A stretch of 64,000 nt of DNA from an uncultured Planctomycetota bacterium (lineage in GTDB: Bacteria; Planctomycetota; Planctomycetia; Pirellulales; Lacipirellulaceae). A program made the translations under genes and the position numbers. The number at the start of each line of letters is the position of its first letter. The first letter of the stretch is position 1. A model generated the notes under the pieces. It made no database searches, had not been told where the DNA came from, and was given only the letters and a program-made list of their open reading frames with translations. Location of the stretch: positions 81,635 through 145,634 of the forward strand of contig CAWKBR010000005.1 of assembly GCA_963847875.1 (NCBI GenBank). Direction: 5' to 3'. Below, in pieces: positions 51,371 through 62,805 of this stretch.

Positions 51371-53410
51371 ATGATCTCCCGGCCAATTGCGATCGCTGTG
51401 GCGCTGTTGCTGTTCACACCCCTTGTTGGTCAGGGCGTGGAAGAACATCCAGAGTGGCCAAGCAAGGGGCAGCTATTCGTCGGAACCTGCTACCAGCCGG
51501 TCGACCGTTCACCCGAGCAGGTCCGCACCGACGTCGACCTGATGAGGCAGGCGGGATTCACGATGGTCCGGATGGGCGATCTCTCCTGGGACGCGTTCGA
51601 ACCGGCGGAAGGGAAATACGAATTCGCGTGGTTCGACAACATTTTGGACCAAATGAACCAGGCGGGAATCAGGGTGATTGTCGATGTCGGCGGATCACCG
51701 GCGCCCATCTGGCTGCATCATCGCTATCCGTCGGTGAATCTTGTCGACGAGCAAGGCGCGACCGTTCACCCCGCAGAACGCTACATGGTCGACATCAGCG
51801 ATCCGATCTACAGGGAGCATCTAATCCGCTTCGCCGACGAGTTGACCAGGCACTGTGCCCACCATCCGGCACTGATCGCCATCGGTTACAACAACGAGAT
51901 TGGCGACAGCTACATGTCGTATTCCGAAGGCGTTCGCCGGCGGTTCATCGAGTGGTTGCGGGCAAAGTATGGGACGGTCGCCAAACTCAACCAGGCGTGG
52001 GCAACCCAACGCTGGTCGCGGCGGTTGAATTCGTTTGATGAGGTGCAGCTGCCGTACGTCCATGGACCTTCGCCACCGGAACGCTATCTCGATCTGCGTC
52101 GCTTTTGGTCCGACGTCGCCATTTCCGTCCTCGAAGACTTGGAAAAAGTCCGTCGGCGAAGCGTGCCCGATTTACCCGCGGTTTCCAATCTTTGGCCCAC
52201 TTCCCCGCGCATGGGTTTCGACTATCTCAGCTCCTACCGGAAATATGTCAGCTATGGAGCCGAAGGGTTCTACCCCGGTACGCCGCTGGGCGTCACGCTT
52301 GGCGCTTTGCAGATGAAGGGCGAATTGTCGCGTCCGTTGTGGTTCAACGAATTCGCGACGGGCGGACCGGGAAACTATGGGGGCCCGAAAGGCAGCATCC
52401 GCATGTGGGCCTACCTCGCTCTGTTGGATTATGGACAAACATTTCTGGCCTGGACCTTCAACACACACCGGGGCGGTGAAGAACAGGCCCTCTTCGGTTT
52501 GCTCGATCACGATGGCGCGCCCTCGTGGAAGTACGCGGAATTCAAACAAATTGCCGGCGAGTTCTCGAAACTGCAACAAATCGGATTCCCCCGCGATCGC
52601 AAGCCGGAGGTCGCCATTGCCTACTCGTTTGAAAGTTGGATAGCATCCGATCCTCCCGGACCAAAGAACTCCGTCCGCAATTACTTCACCGTCGACTACA
52701 CCGACCAGTTTGCCAATGCACTTGAGCCATTCTTTGAAGACAACATCGACGTCGCCGTCGTCAACGTCGGCCACAGCCGGCTCGAATACAAGCTCGTGGT
52801 CGTGCCGGCCGACTATCTGATGGACGCCCCCAGCGCCAAAGCGATCCGCAACTACGTCGAGGGCGGTGGCACCGTGATCATGACGGCGCTTTCCGCGAAG
52901 GTCGACGAGAACAATCAATGGTTCGATACTGCGTTGCCAGGGCGATTAAGCGATGTCTTTGGAATTCGCACCGCCGAGTTCTACCGCCAGAGTTCGCTTG
53001 AGCTGAGCCTGAACGACAAGACCATTAGGCCTCGCGACGGCTTCTACGAAGTGCTCGAACCGCGCACTGCGCAGCTCATGGCGATGTTCACGAACACCTC
53101 GGAGAAATCGCCGGCGATCACGGTCAATTACTACGGAAAAGGGCAAGCCATCTATGTCGCCGTTCCCGCCCAAATGGCCGTCCTTGCGCCGCTCGTTCGC
53201 AGCCTCTACGGACCACTTGCGATCGAAAAGGGGCCGGATACTCCGGAGGGCGTCTACGCTCGGGTGGTCAACGGAAGAACGCTCTACGTGAACACCACCG
53301 GCGAAGAGAAAACCCTGCCTATTCACGGCAGCAAACGTGGGATCGTCAGCGGCAAGTCGTATGAAAGCACGCTGCGGCTGAAACCTTACGATGCGGATCT
53401 GCTGGAGTAA
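51371..53410 (+). CDS. Glycoside hydrolase family 42 beta-galactosidase
   Basis: After a signal peptide it reads GTCYQPVDRSPEQVRTDVDLMRQAGFTMVRMGDLSWDAFEPAEGKYEFAWFDNILDQMNQAGIRVIVDVG...AIGYNNEIG...LWFNEF.... The ORF is intact. Confidence 0.85.
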   Translation: MISRPIAIAVALLLFTPLVGQGVEEHPEWPSKGQLFVGTCYQPVDRSPEQVRTDVDLMRQAGFTMVRMGDLSWDAFEPAEGKYEFAWFDNILDQMNQAGIRVIVDVGGSPAPIWLHHRYPSVNLVDEQGATVHPAERYMVDISDPIYREHLIRFADELTRHCAHHPALIAIGYNNEIGDSYMSYSEGVRRRFIEWLRAKYGTVAKLNQAWATQRWSRRLNSFDEVQLPYVHGPSPPERYLDLRRFWSDVAISVLEDLEKVRRRSVPDLPAVSNLWPTSPRMGFDYLSSYRKYVSYGAEGFYPGTPLGVTLGALQMKGELSRPLWFNEFATGGPGNYGGPKGSIRMWAYLALLDYGQTFLAWTFNTHRGGEEQALFGLLDHDGAPSWKYAEFKQIAGEFSKLQQIGFPRDRKPEVAIAYSFESWIASDPPGPKNSVRNYFTVDYTDQFANALEPFFEDNIDVAVVNVGHSRLEYKLVVVPADYLMDAPSAKAIRNYVEGGGTVIMTALSAKVDENNQWFDTALPGRLSDVFGIRTAEFYRQSSLELSLNDKTIRPRDGFYEVLEPRTAQLMAMFTNTSEKSPAITVNYYGKGQAIYVAVPAQMAVLAPLVRSLYGPLAIEKGPDTPEGVYARVVNGRTLYVNTTGEEKTLPIHGSKRGIVSGKSYESTLRLKPYDADLLE

Positions 53411-53698
53411 GGGCCGTGGCGGGCTCGGCTTTAGCCTGCCAATCCTGGCCAGTTGCCTGGATCGTTAAACACTCTGCCTACCAGTACTTTGGGCAAGAGG
53501 TCCCCCAGCTTCGCGTGCGCTCAGCAACTCTTTTCTGCGTGTTTTTCATTCGTCGAGCGACTACATTGGGGTGCGTCGGCCCGCGATGGGAGCGGCGCTC
53601 TCGCGGCCGTAGGGAATTCGCCGTCGTGAACGGCATCCGCGGCGGAGATAGTTCCGGCACTGCGGCTATCGCTACACTCAATTGGGATGCGCTCTAGT

Positions 53699-55539
53699 CC
53701 TTAAACAAGCGAACGTTAATGGGTAATTGGCGTTGTATTTTTGGGGTTGGCCAGTGCGTGCACGACCGGCCTGACGCGGTCGGCGTCGGGGGGGAGTTGT
53801 CGAATTCTGGGTTGCTTCATTTCGCGACTCGTTGACACGTCTGTGTGGTTCAGGGTGGCGGCGGACCGGAGCATCCAGACTCCGGCTTCATCGGCGGCTC
53901 CGTCAACAACGCAACGTCCGGCACAAGCGGAAGAACACCGGCAAGCGTGGGTGATAGTTCAGTACGCGGTAGATCAGCTGGCGGCCCGTGCGGACGATCT
54001 GGCAGGGAATCTTGATGAAGGCGCAGAGGAACGTCTTGAACTCCATCCGCAGCACTTCCTGTTTCTGCGCCCGATGCGCTTCGCCCCAGCGGCCATCCTC
54101 CGGCAACGACAACGCCCACCACGACTTGAGGTTCCACGCCAAGCCGGTCATCACCATGTAGGCCCAATTGCTGTAGAGATTATCGACCGGTGCCGAGAGC
54201 GCCCGCACTCCGCCGGCCAACTGAGCAATCAAGTTCTCTTGATCGCAGCGGTCGTTGGCCTCGAACACCACGTCCTCGGCATCGACGGCCCAATCGTTGG
54301 TGATGTAGAAGAAGTAGCGAATCTCGTCGAACAGCCGCGTCTCGCCCTTCTCGTGCGAAATGTTCTTGCGGAGCACGATCAGGCGGTACGACTGCTCGCA
54401 CGCCGTGGGCCTGTATTCAAACTCCGCGTAATCCTCGCTCTGGAGCCGCAGAACCTCGAACTCGCGGCGGCGGATGATCCGCTGCTTCACGTTTTTGGGT
54501 CTCTGCCGCGCTGCGGTCCGCACTTCGTAACGCGGCTCGCGGAGGAGCTTCTGCCAGGCCGTGTTCGGCAGGTTTTCCGCGATTTCCTCCAGATTGGGCA
54601 GGGCCTTGAAGCCAAAGTAGAAGCTCACCTCCTCGGCATCCCAGGCGTCGAGCTGCTCCGACTGGCTGAAGGCCGTGTCACCGCGAAGCACGATCTTGCG
54701 GAAGCCGCGCGACGGCACAAGGCGATGGCCCCGTCCGCCTCCTCGGCGGCTCCTTCGTGGCTGGGCCGATTCCCGGAGCGATTGACCACGCGGAGCACTT
54801 CGCCGGTTTCGGCCAGAGTGACCAACAAGGGATGGTAGCCCCAAGTGCCCTTGTAAGAGATGTCCATCCCGACTTTGCACTCGCCGGTGGTGACCACCAG
54901 CGTGCCGTCGAGGTCGATGGTGGCGCGGTCGAAAAACTTCTTCGGCTGCTGGGCCCAAACGTTCAGCCGCGCGTCGTCGGCTGCCCGCATCAGCGAGCGG
55001 ACGTCTCCTTCGTCGAACCGACGGCAGAAGTCGCCGGCGGTGGTGGGATCGGGGATCCGCTCCGTGCCCAAGGCGTCGAGGAAGGCCTCGTCATTGCGGC
55101 GCAACTCGACGTCTTCCAGCCGGGTGCCGTCGCACAAGGCGTTGTAGGCCAGATTCAGCACGTGGTCCGACTCGTGATAAGGCCTGTGGATTTTCAGCAG
55201 GTGCAGGCGGCGATCGATGGCCTCGATCAGCCCGATTTCCCGAGCGAGTCGATGCACCACGCCGATGCCGCCCACGCCGATCCCTCGGGTCTTGTCGGCC
55301 AGTTCGAAACGGATGTTCGACGCCGTAAACATGGGCGTTCCCTGATCGGCACGCGGCCCGGCCAACCGTTGCTCGATGCGTCGCTGGGCTTGCCGCAGAC
55401 GTTTCGGTATACTGTGTTTCACTCGAAATCCTCCTTGTGTCGTGGGGTGGGCTTGCACTGTGTGCCCATGATACCCGTAAAACAGGGGTGGTTTCGAGTA
55501 TTTTTATGCAATCAGCGTGAAAGCTTCGCTTGCTTAAGG
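53699..55539 (-). mobile_element. IS1380-family insertion sequence (1841 bp) with terminal IRs and 6-bp direct repeat
   Basis: IRL is CCTTAAACAAGCGAA (53699-53713). IRR is TTCGCTTGCTTAAGG (55525-55539), whose reverse complement CCTTAAGCAAGCGAA matches IRL at 14 of 15 positions. TCTAGT flanks both ends (53693-53698 and 55540-55545). Confidence 0.85.
53903..55422 (-). CDS. IS1380-family DDE transposase; one inferred G deletion at ~54707
   Basis: GGAGG plus 7 nt precedes the GTG start at 55422. The protein reads ...IDLDGTLVVTTGECKVGMDISYKGTWGYHPLLVTLAETGEVLRVVNRSGNRPSHEGAAE...LCRRA | GFRKIVLRGDTAFSQ...ANDRCDQENLIAQL.... It is split between ORF-track entries 54625..55458 and 53903..54958. Confidence 0.85.
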
Positions 55540-55540
55540 T

Positions 55541-57202
55541 CTAGTTGGCACCCAGCATCGGCGACGACGCGTCCGCCAACGGCAACCGATAGCAGGCGAT
55601 CTCGCGCGCATTGCGCACGAGCAGATACGGTGCCGCGAAGGCCGGAGTGTTCCAAGTCGTGTCGGCCGAATCGAGGGCCTGAGTTTTCGCCATTTCGCAG
55701 TATTCCTCCGGCGCCGCCTCGACGAGCGCGACTTCGCCCGATTCAGAAAGCACGAGGATCGCGTCGCCGACGAGCATGATCTGCCCGTGGCCGAACGCCG
55801 GGTTGCGACGCTTCTTCCACTTCACGTCGCCCGTGGCGATTTCGACGCAGCAGAGCAACACGTCGTCCAGGCCGTAGACGTAACCGTCCCGCACAACCAC
55901 GTTGGAAAACTTCGTCTTCATCACGCGCTTGATCGGCGGATCCCAAAGCGGTTCGACGACGAACTTGCCGTCGGCATCCTTCGACACGTGGAGCAGCGAC
56001 GACCCCACGCCGTAGCCCTTCGACAAGAACAGCCGGTCGCCCGCGAGCGGCATCGGCTGTGTGGTCGTCGCGTTCGAGTCGTTTTCGCTGGCCCACGGGT
56101 ACTCCCAGAGCACGGCGCCTTCGTCGACACGGTGGGCCGTGACGTACTTCTCGTTCACCATCACAATCTGCCGCTCACCGGCGAGCGTGGCCAACACCGG
56201 CGAGGCGTAACTCGCCTGCCGGTTGCCCGCCGCCCAACGCAATTTGCCGGTTTCCAAATCGTAGGCAACGAGCGAACTGTCGTAGCTCTCGCGAGCGGCC
56301 GCGTCGTTCGGCGCACCGACGTTGACGATCACCAAGTCGCCCACCACCAGCGGCGAACCGGCCTGACCCCAGACCAAGTTGTCGGCGCCGGTCTCGGCAT
56401 GCGTGTCGTGGGACCAGATCACGTCGCCGGTCCGCGCGTCGAGGCAATTGACGATGCCGGTGCCGCCCTGCGTGAGAATCCTGCCGTCGTGGATGGTCGG
56501 CGTGGCCCGCGGCCCGATGCCGCCGAGCGAGCCCTGGAAATCGGCCGGATCGAATCGCGTTTGGTCACCGTGCGCCCAGACGAGCTCACCATTGTCGACA
56601 CGATAGCAGGAGACCAGCTCCTCGTCGCCACGCTGCTCTTGCGTCACCGCATAGTTGCCAACCACCGCGATCCCCGACCAACCGGCGCCAATCTCATGAC
56701 GCCAAACTTCCTGCGGCGGATGGGACTTCCAGTTGGTTTTGAGCTCGACGCCGGGCACCTCGGCCCAGTAGCCGTTTCCCAGGAACCGCGGATAGTCGTG
56801 CGGCGTCGTGCGCCAATCCGTTGCCTCGCCGCCCCCGGTCGCTCCTGCGAGCAATTGGTCGGCGCTGGGTCCGAACCGCCACTTCCAGGCGTAGATTCCC
56901 ATGTCGCCGTTGTACACCGGCTTCAGCACCACCATCCACGCGATGAAGGCCAGCCAGCCGAGGCGGACGATCCATTGCCGCGTCCGTTTCTTTCCGCCGC
57001 CACAGCGCACAAACCACGCCGACAGCAGCCCGGCACTCACCAGGATCACCAGCACGTGTACGAGGGTGGTATAGTCCGTCGCCGCGACACGCCACAGCCA
57101 CCAGGCGGCCACCAGGCCAATCACGACAATCGGAAACCAAACGTGCCGGACGCGATCCGGCAAAGCGTCGTTCGCTGGCACAGGGGTGGAAGCGGTATCC
57201 AT
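55541..57202 (-). CDS. PQQ-like beta-propeller repeat protein with N-terminal membrane helices
   Basis: Three N-terminal hydrophobic helices are followed by repeated propeller blades (VVGNYAVTQEQ...LVSCYRVDNGELVW; ILTQGGTGIVNCLDARTGDVIW; LVAYDLETGKLRW; VTAHRVDEGAVLW; LLCCVEIATGDVKW). The ORF is intact. Confidence 0.75.
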   Translation of the reverse strand: MDTASTPVPANDALPDRVRHVWFPIVVIGLVAAWWLWRVAATDYTTLVHVLVILVSAGLLSAWFVRCGGGKKRTRQWIVRLGWLAFIAWMVVLKPVYNGDMGIYAWKWRFGPSADQLLAGATGGGEATDWRTTPHDYPRFLGNGYWAEVPGVELKTNWKSHPPQEVWRHEIGAGWSGIAVVGNYAVTQEQRGDEELVSCYRVDNGELVWAHGDQTRFDPADFQGSLGGIGPRATPTIHDGRILTQGGTGIVNCLDARTGDVIWSHDTHAETGADNLVWGQAGSPLVVGDLVIVNVGAPNDAAARESYDSSLVAYDLETGKLRWAAGNRQASYASPVLATLAGERQIVMVNEKYVTAHRVDEGAVLWEYPWASENDSNATTTQPMPLAGDRLFLSKGYGVGSSLLHVSKDADGKFVVEPLWDPPIKRVMKTKFSNVVVRDGYVYGLDDVLLCCVEIATGDVKWKKRRNPAFGHGQIMLVGDAILVLSESGEVALVEAAPEEYCEMAKTQALDSADTTWNTPAFAAPYLLVRNAREIACYRLPLADASSPMLGAN

Positions 57203-57264
57203 GGTTCGATTGTCTCAAGCGGGGCTCGGTTTCGGAAGACGAGTCTCGCGGAACTCGATTCAGC

Positions 57265-58392
57265 CTACAATCGTAGCACAGAACGATACAAGTCAATCAA
57301 GGCGCGCAGCCGCCAAATGGACGTTGAACGCCGCTTCCATGCGGCGACGGCCGGCCGCCCCCAACGCCAGGCGCTTCCCGTCGTCGCCCAACAACGCTTG
57401 CACCGCCGCCGCGAGCGCGGCCGGATCGTCCTTGGGCACGAGCACGGCACCGTCGGCGTCGCTCGGGAAAATCTCCCGTGTGCCGCCAACGTCGGTCGCC
57501 ACCACAGCTAAACCGCAAGCTGCAGCTTCCAGTAACACCCGGCCCAACGGCTCCTGCCGCGCGGCGTGAATCAACAACGCACACTCAGGCAAAATTTGCG
57601 ACACGTCGTCACGGGTCCCCAAGAAATGCACCCGCCCCGCCAGCGGCGGCTCGGCCGACGCCGCATGCAACCGCTGCTCGAGTTCGTGCGCCTCGTCCTT
57701 TTTTGAGGTCCGCTCGCCGACCAGGAGCCAATGCACGTCCGGCGATGCCGCTGCCCACCGCGTCGCCGCCGCGAGCGCCACGTCCGTCGCCTTTCGCATG
57801 CCGATCTGGCCAACCGTCGCCACCAGCCGTGCTGTCGGGCCCAAGACCCAGCTCCCGGTGCAAGTACCCCGTCGCAGCTTGCGGTCGAAAGGCTTCGAGA
57901 TCGACGCCGTTGCGGATGACGACGCATTTCGCTGTGTCGATCCCCTGGTCCACGTGAAAATCGCGCGTCGCTTGCGACACTGCGACCAGCCGATCGAGGC
58001 AGTTCACGTCGTCGATCGCCTGCCGCGAGAGCCCGACGATGTCGCGCAGATGCCCGATGCTTGGCACACGTGTCGCAGCAGTCACCGGCCCAGCAAGCCG
58101 CGCTGTCGACAGACTGTTGGCATGCACCAGATCTGGCGATAACTTGGCGACGAGATCTGCCAGGTCGCGGCGAATCTGCTCAACTGGCCGCCGAGCGCCG
58201 GCCGCATCGTGCATCGACCACGCCAGGAGCGGCACGCCCGCGTCGCGTGCGGCTTCGGCCAGCGCCGCCGACCGGCGGCGCGGCCACGTACACGTCGAAC
58301 CCAGCCGCTCGCACCGCCGCGAGCGTCGAGAGCATCGACCGCTCGCCGCCCAGCAGCGTCAGGAACTCGCAAAGGATGACAAGGCGGGGCAT
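57265..58392 (-). CDS. Glycosyltransferase family 4 (GT-B, group 1); three inferred 1-nt insertions (~58272, ~57840, ~57300)
   Basis: MPRLVILCEFLTLLGGERSMLSTL...VYVAAPP | SAALAEAARDAGVPLLAW...HANSLSTARL...IRNGVDLEAF...LGLGP | TARLVATVGQIGMRK. The E-x7-E region is QEPLGRVLLEAAACGLAVVATDVGGTREI. The likely C-terminus ...ALIDLYRSVLRL* lies in a fourth frame. Confidence 0.75.
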
Positions 58393-58461
58393 GGTACAAC
58401 TCGCGGCGGCGACACTCCACTGAGCCAGGCTCGGCGGGAGCCCCGCCCTCCCCGCGTGAGC

Positions 58462-59349
58462 TTACAGCAGCCCGTAGTTGGCCAGCGTCTTGCGGAGTTT
58501 CGCTTCGCCTTCTTTGTCGAGCGGCGTCATCGGCAGCCGCAGATCGCCCGGGTCCCGGCCGAGGAGCTTCATCGCCGCCTTGATCGGGATCGGATTCGTC
58601 GACAGGCCGAGCATGTCGCGGCAGAGGGGAAACAGCTTGTAGTGCCACCGCCGGGCTTCCGCCAGGTTGCCGGCGTCCATCGCCCTCACCAGCGCGATCA
58701 TGTCCTGCGGCACGATGTTGCCCACCACGGAAATCACGCCGCGGGCCCCCACGGCCATCAGCGGCAACGTGAGGCTGTCGTCGCCGCTGAGCACCGTGAG
58801 ATTGGTGGCCGAGCAAATCTGCGACGCCTGGTCGAGTGAGCCAGTTGCCTCCTTGACCATCGTGATGTTTTCCAGCTCGGCCAGCCGGAGGATCGTCTCC
58901 GGCTCGATATTCTTGCCGGTCCGGCCCGGGATGTTGTAGACGCACTGCGGCAGGCCGGTCTCCTCCGCCAGCAGCTTGAAGTGCTGGTAGATGCCCTCCT
59001 GGGTCGGCTTGTTGTAGTAGGGAGCGACCTGCAGGGCCGCGTCGGCCCCCGCCTTTTCGGCGAACTTTGTCAGCCGCAGGGCCTCGGCCGTATTGTTCGA
59101 ACCGGTGCCTGGCATTACTTTGCAGCGGCCCGCCACTGTGTCGACGACGAATGCGATCACCCGCTCGTGGTCGTCGTGCATGAGGGTCGGCGATTCGCCG
59201 GTAGTGCCGACCGGGCAAAGGCAGGTGGTGCCGGCCGCGATCTGGAACTCGATCTGCTGGCGGAACACGTCGTAATCGATCTTGCCGCCGGAAAACGGCG
59301 TGACCAAGGCGACCGACAGTCCGGCAAATGCTTCACCCTTCGTGCTCAT
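58462..59349 (-). CDS. dapA: 4-hydroxy-tetrahydrodipicolinate synthase
   Basis: Intact 295-aa ORF with [31 protein letters not shown] and the active-site Lys context [10 protein letters not shown]. Confidence 0.92.
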   Translation of the reverse strand: MSTKGEAFAGLSVALVTPFSGGKIDYDVFRQQIEFQIAAGTTCLCPVGTTGESPTLMHDDHERVIAFVVDTVAGRCKVMPGTGSNNTAEALRLTKFAEKAGADAALQVAPYYNKPTQEGIYQHFKLLAEETGLPQCVYNIPGRTGKNIEPETILRLAELENITMVKEATGSLDQASQICSATNLTVLSGDDSLTLPLMAVGARGVISVVGNIVPQDMIALVRAMDAGNLAEARRWHYKLFPLCRDMLGLSTNPIPIKAAMKLLGRDPGDLRLPMTPLDKEGEAKLRKTLANYGLL

Positions 59350-59656
59350 TCGATTTTCGCTGGCCTCAACTCACGATTTTTGCGCAAAAGAAAGTGCCCG
59401 TTGGCAAAAATGATAGACTCGCCGGTCCATACAGGCAATCGGCCGCTGGCTGGAATTACCCTATTTTTAATCTTTGTCCAGCTTCTCAACTCGCCTGCTG
59501 GCGCCGCCGGCATTGCCAAGGGCGATTATTTTGGCCGCCGTGCGGCGATACCGGGCGATTCCCCCGGGGTTGAATCTTCGGGAGCGCTTAAGGCCGCGGG
59601 TTCGCCTCGACAATGGCGTAGCGGCAGTGGGTTTAGCGGCAGTGGGCGGAGTCACG

Positions 59657-60281
59657 ATGGACGATCAAATACGAATTCGGCATGGTTTCACGCTCGTCGA
59701 GCTGTTGGTCGTGATCTCGATCATCGGCGTGCTGGTGGCGCTGCTACTCCCGGCCATCCAAGCCGCCCGAGCATCGGCCCGCCGTACCCAGTGCATCTCG
59801 AACCTCCGCCAAGTCGGCCTCGCTCTGGAACAGTACATCCAATCGCAGGGCCCCAACGGCAAGTTTCCGCTGGCCGCCGAGCTGCCGACCGATCAGCTAC
59901 CCGATCGGATTCTGCCCAGCTTGGTCGAGGTGCTCGGTCCATTCAGCGAAAACAACAACGAGATGTACCGCTGCCCGAGCGATGTCTATTACCCCAACGA
60001 AGACGAGCCGACCGATGTGTCCTACTTCCACGCGGAGGGACTGAGCTACTGGTACGACCGCCCCCGCCTGGCGCCGTGGGACTCTGAGGCGGGGCGCTGA
60101 CAAAGCGAAGACGCGGCAGCAAGCGCTCATGACCCGCGACGGCAACGAACCCCGCAGTTCGTCGCGCGTCTGGATCGCCTACGACTACAAGCCGTTCCAC
60201 GGTCCGCCCGGCGAAAACGGTTCGCAAAACTACATTTACATCGACGGCCACGTCGACGCGATCGTCGTCGCCGACGATTGA
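59657..60281 (+). CDS. DUF1559 / H-X9-DG family protein with prepilin-type N-terminal methylation motif; one surplus nucleotide at ~60095
   Basis: The N-terminus is [43 protein letters not shown]. The C-terminal part, in another frame, ends [28 protein letters not shown] (H-X9-DG), with the stop at 60279-60281. Confidence 0.8.
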
Positions 60282-60317
60282 TTGCCGTATTCAATTCATG
60301 AGCAGGAGAGTGAGATC

Positions 60318-60908
60318 GTGAAGAAGCGCACCACAATCATCGGCATAGTTGCCTTGCTGTTCTTGGCGGTTGGTGGGGTCTGGGCACTCGGCTATTTTCG
60401 CGGCGATCCGGTCGTCACTGAAATGCAGCAGCTCCGCGACCAGATGCTCCAGAACCGTGACCTCCCCGAAGCGGAGCGTCGCGCCCAGTGGGACAGTTTC
60501 CGCCAACGAATGGAAGGCCTGACGGAGACTCAGCGCACCGCGCTGTGGGATAGCGGCCGCGATCGCTTTCAGCGTTTCGGCCAGGCCCGGATGGACGAAT
60601 TCTTCCAGCTCCCGCCAGCCGAACAGAAGAAACGCCTCGACGAAATCATCGACCGCATGCAGCAGCGCCAGAAGAATCCGAATGCCGGTCGCGGCCAGGG
60701 CAGCCCCGCTGGCCCTGGCGGCTGGGGCGGCGGACGCAACATGACCGAAGCCCAGCGCGATCAGCGCCGCAAGGAGATGATCTCCCGCACCGACCCCAAG
60801 ATGCGGGCGCAATTCGATCAATTCCGCCAAAAGCTCGGTGACCGCATGAAAGAACGCGGTCTGCCGCCGGTGGAAGGCCGCGGTGGCGGCGGCCCTTGGC
60901 GCGGCTAA
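60318..60908 (+). CDS. Hypothetical periplasmic protein with LTXXQ-like motifs (Spy/CpxP-like?)
   Basis: AGGAGAG precedes the GTG at 60318. It has an N-terminal TM/signal segment. LTETQ and MTEAQ motifs sit in Arg/Gln-rich helices, and a Gly-rich linker is present. Confidence 0.4.
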   Translation: MKKRTTIIGIVALLFLAVGGVWALGYFRGDPVVTEMQQLRDQMLQNRDLPEAERRAQWDSFRQRMEGLTETQRTALWDSGRDRFQRFGQARMDEFFQLPPAEQKKRLDEIIDRMQQRQKNPNAGRGQGSPAGPGGWGGGRNMTEAQRDQRRKEMISRTDPKMRAQFDQFRQKLGDRMKERGLPPVEGRGGGGPWRG

Positions 60909-61022
60909 CCGTTCCGGCTCGCAAGCGCTGCCCTATTCGCCATTGCTGCTGTCCTCGGCCACACGCTCGGCTAGAATCCAGGGCTGAGAGTCCGCCCGAT
61001 TGTCCCGCAGCGATCGCATTCG

Positions 61023-62058
61023 ATGAAAGCTTTTCCCCTCACCGGCCTCCGCGCGATGGCGCTCGGCGACGCGCCTGATCCGCAAATCCGCCAACCGACC
61101 GACGTGCTGATCCGCATGGGCGCAGTCGGCGTCTGTGGGTCCGACATCCACTATTACACGACCGGCCGCATTGGCAGCCAGGTCGTCGGGTATCCCTTCA
61201 CGGTGGGCCATGAATGCGCCGGCATCATCGTCGAAGTCGGCCGCGGCGTCACGCGGGTCGGCCCCGGCGATCGCATCGCCATCGAGCCGGCGATGACCTG
61301 CGGCACGTGCGACCAATGCCGCGCCGGCCGCGAGAATACCTGTCGCACGAACCGCTTTCTGGGTTGCCCCGGCCAGGCCGAAGGCAGTCTCTCCGAGTTT
61401 CTCGTCATGCCCGAGAAGAACTGCTTCCAGATCGACGAGCGGCTCAGTCTTGCCGAGGCGACCGTTTCCGAGCCGCTGGCGATCGCCATCTACGCGGTTC
61501 GCCAGGCGGCCTTGGCTCACGGCGCGGATCGGCATCCTCGGTCTCGGCCCGATCGGACGCACCGTGCTGCTCGCCGCGCAAGACGCTCAGTGCGGCCAAG
61601 TTTACGCGACCGACCCGATCGTCGCCCGCGGCGCGGCGGCCCAACGTGCCGGCGCGGCCTGGGTCGGCAATCCCAGCGCGGAAAACGTCGTCGCCCAGAT
61701 TCTCGAGCGCGAACCGTTGGGCCTCGACGTCGTGTTCGAATGCTGTGGTCAGCAGGCTGGGCTCGACGACGCCGTCGAGCTCTTGCGTCCGGGCGGCACG
61801 CTTTCGATCATCGGCATTCCCGAGGTCGACGAAATCCACTTCGCCGCCGACAGAACCCGCCGCAAGGAGCTGACGATCAAGAACGTCCGCCGCCAACGCG
61901 GCTGCGTCGAGGCGGTGCTCGCCCTGATCGCTAAACAGCAGCCCGCCATTGCAGAGCTAATCACGCACCGCTTCCCTTTTGCCGAAACGAAGACGGCGTT
62001 CGAATTGGTGGCCAACTACCAAGACGGCGTCGTCAAAGCGATGATCGAATTCGAGTGA
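61023..62058 (+). CDS. Zinc-dependent medium-chain alcohol/polyol dehydrogenase; one frame change around 61495-61525
   Basis: VGVCGSDIHYY...GHECAG...structural Zn ligands CGTCDQCRAGRENTC. The Rossmann GILGLGPIG and the rest of the protein are in the frame of ORF 61450..62058. Confidence 0.85.
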
Positions 62059-62066
62059 CGCGCGCA

Positions 62067-62375
62067 TCAGTTCGGGCTGAAATCGAGCGACGGAGCGGCG
62101 CGGCGGACAAGTTGATCGAGTGAAAAACTCCGTCGGCATTCCGGGCACAGGTCGCAGATGAATTCTTCGTCTTCGTCGCCATCGAGCTCGACGTCGACAT
62201 CGCGCGCGCAAATCAACTGAATGTCGATCTCTTCCAGGTAGTCGCGGTCGTCCTCCATGCCGCGATCCGCCGCTTCGCCGCAAGCCGAGATGCGAAGCTC
62301 GTAGCGCTGATCTGTCTTGGCGTCGAGCTCGCGCCCGCAGAGATCGCATTCGTAATGACATTCACAGTGAAACAT
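62067..62375 (-). CDS. Small acidic Cys-rich (zinc-ribbon-like) hypothetical protein
   Basis: MFHCECHYECDLCGRELD... and ...FICDLCPECRR form two CxxC pairs that flank a D/E-rich segment. Confidence 0.4.
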   Translation of the reverse strand: MFHCECHYECDLCGRELDAKTDQRYELRISACGEAADRGMEDDRDYLEEIDIQLICARDVDVELDGDEDEEFICDLCPECRRSFSLDQLVRRAAPSLDFSPN

Positions 62376-62805
62376 GGGCCCAATCCTTTCCACCGATTCA
62401 CGTGGTCGCACGGCAGGCATACAAAGTGAAGGCCGTGTTAAGGTTCATCCTAGTGAAGATTTCAAGCGCGCGGCAACCCAAACCGGCAAGTTTTTTTGCC
62501 CGCCGGAATGCCAAAAAGTGTCGTAGAATGCGACAGATGTTGAGTCGCCGAGTCGGCTCGGCTGGTACGCCAATTGCAGGGTGTCGCGCTTTGAGATGAT
62601 TTCATTCGCGTGCGCCAGCAGCGACACAGGGAGCCGCTTTTGGCCGACGGGAAGCGGCGCCGTCCGCCAAACAGATCAAGAAATACAGTCTGGCCGGACG
62701 TTTGTCGCGGGATTAGAATAAAGGGTACGTCTCGCGGTCGTCCCAGCGGGGTTGCCGCGATCTTCCCATGGATCACTACGAGCCGGCAAATTCCCTTTCA
62801 CTGAG

